Shown: positions 12,163-22,220 of the stretch, piece after piece | Layout: the number at the start of each line of letters is the position of its first letter | How positions within the stretch are numbered: position 1 is the stretch's first letter | Origin: Histomonas meleagridis 2922-C6/04-290x | Lineage: Eukaryota; Protista; Parabasalia | Direction of reading: 5' to 3' | Assembly: GCA_020184695.1 (NCBI GenBank) | Contig: JAANOX010000097.1 | Span: forward strand, 1-64,000 | Length of the DNA: 64,000 bases | Translations under genes and position numbers: made by a program | Notes under the pieces: generated by a model | What the model saw: the letters and a program-made list of their open reading frames with translations, nothing else | Told to the model about the DNA's origin: nothing | Database searches by the model: none

Positions 12163-12746
12163 TAAACTTATTTCAAAATATTTTTTATATATTATCATGT
12201 TATGACATATTAAATATTAAATATGGGTCAATAGTGTATGAGGAATTATTCTAATCATTAAAATGTTTTCATGTGATTAATATATTATCCTTTTAGTAAC
12301 AGTTGTTATTTTTTCTTACGCATGATTCTCTAAAAAATCATTTTAATACTTTCTTTATTATGTAGCATATTTTATAATGATGAAAAATAATTTTTATTTC
12401 TTGGTAGAACAAATAAAAAATTTTCTATGAAGTATTGGTTTTATTTGATCAATGAAGAAATTCAAAGAAAGCCTATACTTAACATTTAATAAATCATTAA
12501 ATAAAAATGAATTTTCGATACAACATATTCACCTAAACAGAAAATCTAAAATGATTTTTTTGTTCTCATGCAACATCATTTAAATCATTTTTTGAAGAAC
12601 GCATTCATGTTCATCTGATAGAATAACATATTGATATACAATTCAAAAATTTTATTCGCGAATATTTACGGTAAATCAAAACCATTTTCATTAAAGATTT
12701 CAAATTTCGTATTTTTTATTTTTGACAAATCAAGAAACAACCAAAA

Positions 12747-14421
12747 TCACTGTAACAAGTACAGCAGCGTATCCTGCATTGCCTTTGCTAATCCCTTTGT
12801 CAACACCAGATGTTCCTTCAACTGTTCCTTACTTTTCTCGAATATTTCTTCTTTTGGCTGATTATTTGATTCCAACTGCGCAATTATTATATCTGACAAA
12901 CCAATTCTTTCGAGGGAGTGATGCGATTTCGAAAACATGTCAATAGTTTCGATGCTATTTTCAAAGAAATTAATTCGAAGTTCGATTGCTTTCACAGATT
13001 CTTCATGAAATTCATTCAGTAATCTAATTAATGTCTCAATCATTGGTTTAACTTTAGTATATATTAAGTTCTGTGCGAGTAAAAGCGTTCGTTTTTTGTC
13101 GTCATTAATTTCAATGTTTTCGACCTCTGGGAAAACATTCATTATTTGATTCTTCTCATTTTCTAACTTTTGTTGTTCTTCAAGGATTCTATCAATGCAG
13201 AAGTTAGCAAACTTTTTCTGATTTTCTTCCGAACTTTCGCTTAATCGTTTTTGTAACCTTTCAATTGCCATGTTGCAAAATATTTTCCATTCTTCATTAT
13301 CTTTATCAAGTGCTTTGCTAAACATTTCTTTGTCTTCTGCGATTAGTGTCTTAAATAATAAGTCAAGTAATTTCATTCGTTTAGATTTAATTGTTTCTAC
13401 AATGCGCTTGGCTAATGATACAGCTTTCGCAAACGAAACATATTGTAAACGAATTTCATTAACGACGTTTGTTAATGAGTTTTTCTTGAAAACAATTTCT
13501 TTCGAGTTTATTCTTTCTCGAAGTAAATAACTTGTCTTCTCTTTAACCTCAGAGACAGAATCAGATAAATCCGAAATTTGAAGTTGGAGTTGATCGTCTT
13601 CGTTATCAAAAGGTGGATTTGAACACTTGTACTGAAAAAGTGACGATAGAGTTGATGGGGGGACTTGTGATGTGTCGACATCATCAACGTTTGCGCCACA
13701 CATGATAAGGAGAGAGACAGTACGACTATCTTTCTTTAAAAGAGCAATCTCGAGAATGCTCAGGAATTTGTCTTTAACATCTTTGGCGGGTTCTGAGAGG
13801 TTGACAATGAGATTAGGATCAGCACCTTTGCTTAGAAGAAAAGATGTCACATCAAAATGACAATACTCAATAGAGGCATATAATGGTGGAAGATGTGGTT
13901 GAATAGCAGTGAGTGGTGAGTTATATTCAATTAGTAATTTCACAAATTCAAGATGCCCAAGTGATGCGGCATGATATAAATGAAGTTGAAATATATTTAA
14001 AAAACCCCTTCAACAAACATTTGGACATTGGCTTTGTTTTCAAGTAATACTTTTCCAAATTCTAAAAGATTTTTCCGAATTGCAAGTAAAAGAGGTGTTT
14101 GACCTTTTTTCGAAAGCTCATTCACGTCGCAGCCATACTTGATTAACGTTTTAAGTGATTCTAGTTGTTGAAAAGTAACGGCTGAATGAATGAGATATTG
14201 TTTTTGACACCCTTTTTCAAGAAGAAGTGAAAGAGAATCAATACTTCCATTTTCTACGCAATGCCTTGCAAGAGTTTTAAATGAAAAAAATAAACTTTAA
14301 AAATAATAATTGAACATTAAAAAAAATATATAAACAAAAAAACAATAAAATGAACGGCTTTGTCTATGTTTCCACTGTTATTGATGTAGTTAGTAACAAA
14401 TTCCAAGTCTGTTGAGAACAT
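12747..14421 (-). CDS. Ankyrin repeat plus coiled-coil protein, interrupted by five 17-nt elements
   Basis: ATG at 14421 gives MFSTDLEFVTNYINNSGNIDKA; then 4x(17 nt+codon) at 14355-14276; then TLARHCVENGSID...KKGQTPLLLAIRKN...VEG; a 17-mer at 14005-13989; then QLHLYHAASLGHLEFVKLLIEY joining ORF 12747-13943. Confidence 0.75.
14276..14355 (-). other. Array of four 17-nt intervening elements with single-codon micro-exons
   Basis: GTTCATTTTATTGTTTT ttt GTTTATATATTTTTTTT aat GTTCAATTATTATTTTT aaa GTTTATTTTTTTCATTT aaa. Confidence 0.75.
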
Positions 14422-14619
14422 TTCGTTCCAATTTAATGTGGACCGTTAATAAGATTTATTCTTCTTGACCGTTAATGATGTGCAAGATTTATTTTGCCTT
14501 TAAACATGTAGAAAAATTTGGCTGAATATGTAAAACCTGAATCATCATCACTAAAACTTTTTTTTTTAAAATTATAATTGAATTCAAAAATCAAATTTGA
14601 AAATATTAAGAAAAAAAAT

Positions 14620-15117
14620 TTATTCGTTGCTAATGTTCAGACCGCGTAAAAAAGCTTCACATCCTTCAACAATATCATTATATGTTGCATCGAAATTTCC
14701 ACTGTACCACGGATCAGAAATGTCTCTAGAACTTCCAGCAAATTCTAGCAACTTGTGTATTTTGTGTTTTGGATCACCACCAGTAATCTTTTGCATATTT
14801 CTAATATTAAGACTATCCATTCCTATAAGATAATCATACTTTTCATAGTCTTTTTTGGTCATCTGTACAGATGTGTGAGGTACCACAGGAATACCAACTT
14901 GGCGTAATTTGTTTACTGTTCCATAATGTGGTGGATTTCCAATTTCTTCTCTACTGGTGGCAGCAGAAGCTATTTTAAATTTAGATTCCAGTCCTCTTTG
15001 TTTTACCATATGAGTGAAAACACTTTCACACATTGTGCTTCGACAAATGTTCCCATGACACACGAATAAAACTCGGATCATATTTTGGTTTGACCATTCC
15101 AGTTTTTGAATAGCCAT
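14620..15117 (-). CDS. Low-molecular-weight protein-tyrosine phosphatase, bacterial type
   Basis: VLFVCHGNICRS P-loop, DYLIGMD, DPWY; alternative start at 15081. Confidence 0.93.
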   Translation of the reverse strand: MAIQKLEWSNQNMIRVLFVCHGNICRSTMCESVFTHMVKQRGLESKFKIASAATSREEIGNPPHYGTVNKLRQVGIPVVPHTSVQMTKKDYEKYDYLIGMDSLNIRNMQKITGGDPKHKIHKLLEFAGSSRDISDPWYSGNFDATYNDIVEGCEAFLRGLNISNE

Positions 15118-15155
15118 ACAATTGGATTGAATTGTATAAACATTTTGAATATAGA

Positions 15156-15166
15156 GACCGTTTAAA
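15156..15166 (-). promoter_or_regulatory. GACCGTTTAAA Myb-site-like promoter motif
   Basis: 39 nt upstream of ATG 15117; identical 11-mer at 30016 and 51017. Confidence 0.6.
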
Positions 15167-15683
15167 TATTAAAATGATTTTATTGTTATCTTCTTGCTCA
15201 AATACATAAGGAAAATGAAATTTTATAAACTCAATAATGGCCTTATCAAATAATTTCAATTAAGTTCAATTATATGATATATGATTATGATCATTGATTG
15301 ACAAATTTTTATTTTGATAGAAAATATTTAAAACTTTTTTTCTGAAATCAATGATAAACTTAGTAAAACCCAGTATTTTATAATATTTATTTTGTTCGTT
15401 TGCAAATCAGTCCCCCAAAGTTCTAAAGTTTCGGTTTGACTAATCGAATTGACAAGGTTTATTTGACGTTTAAAATGCTTACCAAAAAAAACTTCTCAAT
15501 TATCATTAATGGTTTCATTGAAATATCAGAAACTGCTTGGCAAAAATTTTCCTGCTGTTCAACAGACACAGCTTTTTGAATATGGATAGTGTATTTAAAT
15601 GGTTTATTTTTGCTTACCCATTTTTAACACTGAAGCAATTCACTGAAGTAAACACCACAATTTCAAGTTAAACTGCCAACAAG

Positions 15684-18600
15684 ATGCAAGGTAATGGGGC
15701 AGTAACTAATGCAATTTCATCACTCAAAACATTTTGCTCAAAAATACATCCAATCTGCTCACCCATTACATTTAAAGAAAAATATGCTCATCCTTTTTCA
15801 AATGGGATTGCATACATTATTTCAAATTTTTCTGGAACACCTATTAACATCGGCCAAGTTTTTAATGAAGTAGTAGATAGTGGATTTAAACAGAAAAACC
15901 AAAATTTATATTTATTACTTGTATGTCAATATATAAAACGTTTTTCAGCTCTAAACCCAAAAAAAGTTAACATAAAAGGGAAAAAGAAATTTTTAAATGA
16001 AGTTCTTAGCTTTTTAGTTGTTGATGAAATCCAATCAAAAATATCAAATGATACAATTTTTGAATTTTCTGATACACTATCTGAATTTATGTGCACTTTC
16101 CCAAAAACAGTCAGTCATATATTAGGATTTTTCATTAAGACATCTTTAGTTAAATCATTTTTAACATTAATTTCAAATTTATCCTTACCTAAAAATATTA
16201 CTGAAGCTGATGCAAAGCTCCTTATTGAACTCTTTGAGAAGAACATGTCAAATAAACTTATTTCTCCCACAATATCAATATTTTTCATTAAATCTTTCAT
16301 AAACCCATCACTTAGCCCATACCTTAGTCAATCCGAAATTCCACTGTGCAAATTTATCTATAAATTACATAAAAATGAATTTGACTCAGAATATATTATG
16401 ACACATGTTTCAGATCTAAATGCTAAAGGACCATGTCTTTTACTTTCTAACGCTTACTTTCAAAAGCTTTATGCTCAAAATAAGGAAAAATGTCTTTCTG
16501 AGCTCATTCAATTTTTCACAATAATTTCACCGACAAATGTTTCTGAAATCAAGACAATTCAAGCAACTCTTGATCTCATTGATGACCCAAATTTCTTTGT
16601 AAAATATATTGTTGGCAAGAAACTTGATCTAAATATCATTCTTTTCTATCTAAATAAATTTAATGATCACAGTAAACTTATTCCACAAGAAAATAACAAA
16701 GCCATTCTTGTTGTTCAAACTCTTACAAAACTTTTAATTTCTAATTTACATCATAATAATCTATCTCCATTTTTCCGATATCTTAATGAATGTCTCATAT
16801 TTATAAAATCCGATGCTAAGCCAGCCGAAGAAAATGATGCCAAAGCTCTAGTTGCCTTTCTATCAAGCCCAACAGCTGAAGATGAGCCATTTGTTCCATA
16901 CAGCAAAATTGAGAGGCTCTGTTTGTATTCTTTTTTAAACGCATCACCGAGCACCCGTTTAAATGGGTATCAAACTCTTACATCGCTTGGCGACTTATTT
17001 AAAATCGAAAATCCAGATTGGAATAACTATGAACCATCAGCACAACCATTTATACAACAATTTGATTCTGATTGTAATTTTTTCATCAAATCAAATTCCA
17101 CCAAAATCTATTCTATTGAAGAACTTCTTCAAACTAATTCAACATTATTAAAAGCCATATCATTTTTAGGCAAGAAACTTCCAGTTAAACGACAAAAATT
17201 TGCATTGCATATCATCAAAGAATGTATACAATATGGAAAACGATGTCCATATTTAATGCCATTACTTGCTAGTATCCTTGATGAGAAGCTTGTTACCAAA
17301 TCTAAGCAAACATTAGATTCCATTTTTGATTATATCAAATCTTCTGGTAATTTAAGTTCATTACAATTTTTATCAGAAGAACTTCTTAAGTATTACTTCG
17401 GCAAAGAATATATTAAAACGATTTCGATATTCGAGAACTTAACAATTGGAATTTTAAATAACATTAAAACTATATCAACAGAAATAATCAACTTACAAAT
17501 TGAAACATTCGAATATATCTTTAAGAACAATGACTTAACACAACTTACGCAAATCATTAATGACATTGCTGATGAAATCCAACTCAAAACAGATTATGAG
17601 CCTACTCCATTTATATATAAATTACCAAAATTAATATTAAAGAAGTTAATCAAGAAGCCACAGCCACAACAAACGCCAATTAATTCACATATAATATATT
17701 CATTTAATCAAATAGCTAAAGTTATAATCGATAAAAACCCGAAAATTAAAATCGACATCTATAAAATGTCTGCGATTATATCGCCGAGCTTTACCTTAAA
17801 TGTAATTTTAGATGAAACATTTGACTTTTCGATGTGCGTTTTATGTTATATGTTAGAAGAGAACAAAGAAAAATGTTTCACTAAGTTCCAAAGCATATGT
17901 AAAGCTAAAGATATAACATTAGAGAAGCCAATAAGTAATAATGAAGTTATTAAACGAATGAATGAACATCAGAAGTTTGCGTTATATGGATTAGTAATAC
18001 AAATGTTTAAATATATGCGAAATATCATTAATTTGTTAAATGTATTAACATTAATATTAGAAAATAACAATGAATTGTTACGTAATAATTATAATGAATT
18101 GTTGGAAATGTTTATTGATATAACAAAGTTAATACCATTAAATTGTCAGTCATATCAAAAGTTCTTTAATATATTATATAAAGAAGAAGAATTAATGTTA
18201 CAAAACATAAATTTGTTCTTAAACAATTGGCGTAATGATTATTTAGAGTTACCACAACTAATTAAAATATTTTCGAAATTCATTTCTAACCAAGATATAC
18301 GCTCATATGTATTAAACTTAATTGCTAGAAAAAGAAACAACTTGATTTTCGGATTTTATCATATCTTTAAAACATTAAAACTTCATAACTTTTCAAGAAT
18401 ACTTTTAACAATTTATTTTAGACAAATTTTCGACACGCCGATTAAAATCAATTTAATTAAGTTTTACGATATGAATTCTATCGTCAAGGAGCTGATCGAA
18501 TGCATAGAAAATTGTAAGTCCATTGAAGAATATCCAATTTTGTTTAAGGTCATGGAAAATATTCTATTAAATGACGTTAATAATAATCAGAGCCTATCGT

Positions 18601-19340
18601 TGCGATATAAACTTCACAAATTCGGGTTAATTGGACATGTATTATCTATGATTAATATCGAATATTTTGAAAAATTAGTACCAATATTCTTTAATAACTT
18701 AGCTATGCTATTTCAAAACGATGATTTCCATGAACAAATTTATCTTGATTGTATCCAATGCGGAGTTTTATGTTTATATATAGATAATAATGAGATATCG
18801 AATTCGATATTTCAATGCATTAAAATCATTATCAGTAAATTAGAATATGTTCCTGATGAATTATTTGAAGTCATTGTTAACTTAATTATATTCCATGAGA
18901 ATTTCTTCAATTTAGTCACCGAATTCATTGATAACACAATTTATAATAGTAAACAACCTGATTCAGTCCGATTTTGGATATCACTCATCAAAAAAGATAA
19001 ATTCGAGTTAGATAGCTACCAAAACTTCGACGAAATGTTTAATGTTATTTGCGCGTCGTTAATATTCGGCTCCGTGAAGTTACGGAAATTAATTTTCGAT
19101 TTCATCGAATTGAACAAAGATAAAATCAAAAAGAATCCGAAACTATTCCAAAGAATGGCAATGTTTACGTTAATGTCGCCTGATATGGATAGTTATTACG
19201 CGTGTGTAATGTTGGACTACCTGGAGGCATTCGATAAGGAGTTGAAGGTGAATCCAGATCAAAGAGTTATAACTTTTAAGAGATCTCCAAAATCAATAAT
19301 AAGATATTTGAAGGCGAATATCATAACAAATAACAAATAA
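15684..19340 (+). CDS. Large helical (HEAT/ARM-like) hypothetical protein
   Basis: 1218-aa ORF, Leu/Ile/Phe-rich helical pattern, no catalytic motif recognised. A possible upstream extension starts at 15475. Confidence 0.8.
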   Translation: MQGNGAVTNAISSLKTFCSKIHPICSPITFKEKYAHPFSNGIAYIISNFSGTPINIGQVFNEVVDSGFKQKNQNLYLLLVCQYIKRFSALNPKKVNIKGKKKFLNEVLSFLVVDEIQSKISNDTIFEFSDTLSEFMCTFPKTVSHILGFFIKTSLVKSFLTLISNLSLPKNITEADAKLLIELFEKNMSNKLISPTISIFFIKSFINPSLSPYLSQSEIPLCKFIYKLHKNEFDSEYIMTHVSDLNAKGPCLLLSNAYFQKLYAQNKEKCLSELIQFFTIISPTNVSEIKTIQATLDLIDDPNFFVKYIVGKKLDLNIILFYLNKFNDHSKLIPQENNKAILVVQTLTKLLISNLHHNNLSPFFRYLNECLIFIKSDAKPAEENDAKALVAFLSSPTAEDEPFVPYSKIERLCLYSFLNASPSTRLNGYQTLTSLGDLFKIENPDWNNYEPSAQPFIQQFDSDCNFFIKSNSTKIYSIEELLQTNSTLLKAISFLGKKLPVKRQKFALHIIKECIQYGKRCPYLMPLLASILDEKLVTKSKQTLDSIFDYIKSSGNLSSLQFLSEELLKYYFGKEYIKTISIFENLTIGILNNIKTISTEIINLQIETFEYIFKNNDLTQLTQIINDIADEIQLKTDYEPTPFIYKLPKLILKKLIKKPQPQQTPINSHIIYSFNQIAKVIIDKNPKIKIDIYKMSAIISPSFTLNVILDETFDFSMCVLCYMLEENKEKCFTKFQSICKAKDITLEKPISNNEVIKRMNEHQKFALYGLVIQMFKYMRNIINLLNVLTLILENNNELLRNNYNELLEMFIDITKLIPLNCQSYQKFFNILYKEEELMLQNINLFLNNWRNDYLELPQLIKIFSKFISNQDIRSYVLNLIARKRNNLIFGFYHIFKTLKLHNFSRILLTIYFRQIFDTPIKINLIKFYDMNSIVKELIECIENCKSIEEYPILFKVMENILLNDVNNNQSLSLRYKLHKFGLIGHVLSMINIEYFEKLVPIFFNNLAMLFQNDDFHEQIYLDCIQCGVLCLYIDNNEISNSIFQCIKIIISKLEYVPDELFEVIVNLIIFHENFFNLVTEFIDNTIYNSKQPDSVRFWISLIKKDKFELDSYQNFDEMFNVICASLIFGSVKLRKLIFDFIELNKDKIKKNPKLFQRMAMFTLMSPDMDSYYACVMLDYLEAFDKELKVNPDQRVITFKRSPKSIIRYLKANIITNNK

Positions 19341-19515
19341 AACTGAATTTTCATTTTATTCTTTATTTAAAATATTTTAAACATTTTGCTTTTTCTATAT
19401 CAAATTTATTCGTAGAATTAAAGCAATTTGTTTTTCGATAATTTGAACATTTGTATAAAATAGATATATATCGTTATTAATTTTGATGGAAATGAGTGAA
19501 AGCAAAGATGCATCT

Positions 19516-20253
19516 TATTAACGAATGCAAAAAATTAAATAATAATTATGTGTTGATTCTTTAAACATAATAATGTTAAATAATTGATTTATTAGGTGGA
19601 TGTGTGGATGGATTGTTCTAAACAAAACGAATGCGTTTTTGATACATTTCAATTTTCTCTTCTGAAATGTTTTGCTATTTCATTCAGGCAATCTGATTCA
19701 TCACTTTAGTCGTCATCATTTTTCTTATTTGATTTTTCTTCAGCACTTCTTTCAATACATGTTACATCTTTTGTCGAATTCTATTCCTTCGTCATCTAAA
19801 TTCTGAATTTGTCTCATTATTTGCTGTACAATTTCACGTCAATCATTTAGACCATGTCCATCTTCATCATATATATTATCCAATTTGATTTCATTATCAT
19901 CGAAACTTTGTGTTTCATCTGTTTTATTATTTCTATATCTTAAATTCTCATTAACTTATTTACGTGCATTACGTAAAAGTTTCTCTTCATTAAGTGGAAA
20001 ACATTCTGTAACTTTCTATATTGTAAAACATTCATATACATGTATTTAATTTATTTTCTTTGACTTTAATTTCCTAATTTGATTTTTTACTAAAGCTAAT
20101 TCCAAAGTATTATCATATTACCAACTTGAGAAGATTAAACAAATTTCGGTTGAGAAATTAATGTTTATGAAAATTGTAATGCACAATGAAATACTTCTAA
20201 TGTCGGATTGGAATCAGCACCCTTAAAACATGTTAAAAAAAATTACTCAAGAT
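19516..20253 (-). repeat. Inverted ~740-bp copy of the element at 72-808
   Basis: Reverse complement matches throughout (e.g. ccatccacacatccacc / ggtggatgtgtggatgg) and shares the same internal stops. Confidence 0.9.
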
Positions 20254-20513
20254 TTCCCAATTTGTTTCTCAATATGATTTTTAATTATAAAGTTTTTTTT
20301 CTCTTTTCTTCTCTCTGCTCCTTTTTAATTTTCTTTTTTAATTTTTTATTTTAGAATAATTAAATGGAACAAAATACATTTATTTAATATCAAATTCGTT
20401 TTGAAATTTGATTTTCCTCAATGACCTTATCAACCACATAAATTTATATAATAATTTGTTTTTATTCTTCAATATTTATTCGACTTGTACAATTGTCACT
20501 TTATTGTGAACAT

Positions 20514-21164
20514 TTAAAACCAGCCTAAATCCTCCAATGAATCTTGAGTGAGACATCTCGAGGAAATCTCATAAATGAAGATACAGTAATAAAAGATAAG
20601 TGTCATAAAACAGAAAATACCTAAAAATATTGAAACCAAAAGATGGTATCCTTCGCATCGACCTTTGTCAAAATCATTCATCCATTCTTCTACTCTATTT
20701 AAAGGGACATTTTTTAGCTGATTGGAGATATATTCCCGATATTCTGTTGAATTTTGTCCATGCTCTGTTCCAATTTCTCTTATTAATTGACAGTTTGATG
20801 ATGATGAATAAGAAATACAAAGACCTGCAACGATCATGCAAAACAAAGAAATAACAAAAAAAGCGATTACACCAATTGAGGATACAGTTATTTCTCGATT
20901 AATACATCTAAACAACTGTAGATAGTAAAAAGCAATGGTAAATAAAGAAACAATAAGCAGAACGATAGAACCGACCCACAATATCATGGTACAAACATAC
21001 AATCTATGAGCATAATCATTGTTATTTTCGGTATCAGAATAATCATATCGAATTTTGGTCCATTCAAACACTGATGAAATCAAGAATCCTAGCAATGAAG
21101 CGGTGAGGCAGGCAGAAGCTATGGATAAGACGATTTTCGTAAGTGGGAAAGGACCGAGCCCCAT
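20514..21164 (-). CDS. Four-TM membrane protein (tetraspanin-like topology)
   Basis: Four hydrophobic segments; a Cys-containing loop between TM3 and TM4. Confidence 0.7.
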   Translation of the reverse strand: MGLGPFPLTKIVLSIASACLTASLLGFLISSVFEWTKIRYDYSDTENNNDYAHRLYVCTMILWVGSIVLLIVSLFTIAFYYLQLFRCINREITVSSIGVIAFFVISLFCMIVAGLCISYSSSSNCQLIREIGTEHGQNSTEYREYISNQLKNVPLNRVEEWMNDFDKGRCEGYHLLVSIFLGIFCFMTLIFYYCIFIYEISSRCLTQDSLEDLGWF

Positions 21165-22220
21165 TTATATGTATAGAATATTTGAAGCTGGTCAACTTCA
21201 AATGAATTCAAATAACCCAAATTTTCAAATAAACTGGCATCATGATTATAAAGAAAATTGATTTAATATTTGTTTGTTCATGATTCTATTCGTTTGAAGA
21301 TAATAAAATGAGTTTTTAAATATTTTAATATTATATTTAACATTTAATATCTGAATAATTTCCAATGTTTACACAATTGATTAATCTTATTTTTCGAGAT
21401 ATGTTTAAACATGCTAAATTTACGATCAAAATGTATAGAAAAAACCTTGAAGCAAGAAAATCGGTTTTTGAAATATATTTATCTTTTAATTATATTAATG
21501 TATTTCAATTTACAAATAATAAAATTAATTACATATATGTGTATCATATAAAAAATGAATTAAATATGAATATTTCTGAAAATGATTTTAAATTTTTATG
21601 ATTATATTTCCAATATCTCTCTATTACTTTATTTCTATTGTTTTGTTGTTAAGTTAAATGCAATTTATTTCACTTTGTCTGTTATATTCGTTTCTCTATA
21701 TTCTTTTTAAATTTTATTTTTTTTGGAATTGAATGAAATAAAATCGTTTTTAATTCAATTTTTTGCTTTATTCCTGTTTGATATTCAGTTGTTATTTAAT
21801 CATCTTAATTTTAAAACTTAGCATTAACAAATATAAAATAATGGTTATATAATAATTTAGATTGTTTAACTCTTTTTCTTTATAATTATTATTACCTCAT
21901 TTAAAGTTAACCAAACTATTTTTATCAGTAAACTCTGATTTGAAATTTCATCGCAGGTATTATTTCTTGCTACATAAAACTCCTCTAAATTGATCATGAA
22001 ATGAATTTATTTTGCTTCTTTTGTTTTTCTTCCTTTTGCTCCCATGTACACTATCGGCAAAAGTGTGTACACTAAATCTAAGCTATAGTTGAAATCATAC
22101 AAAAAAATTTTATAATATGAATTCATCGAATCAATAATAAATTGAGTATTTATCTGGTTGAATGTAATGTGATGTGAATTCGTCCGTTTTTTTTGGAATA
22201 AACGTTCACACACTGGGAAG

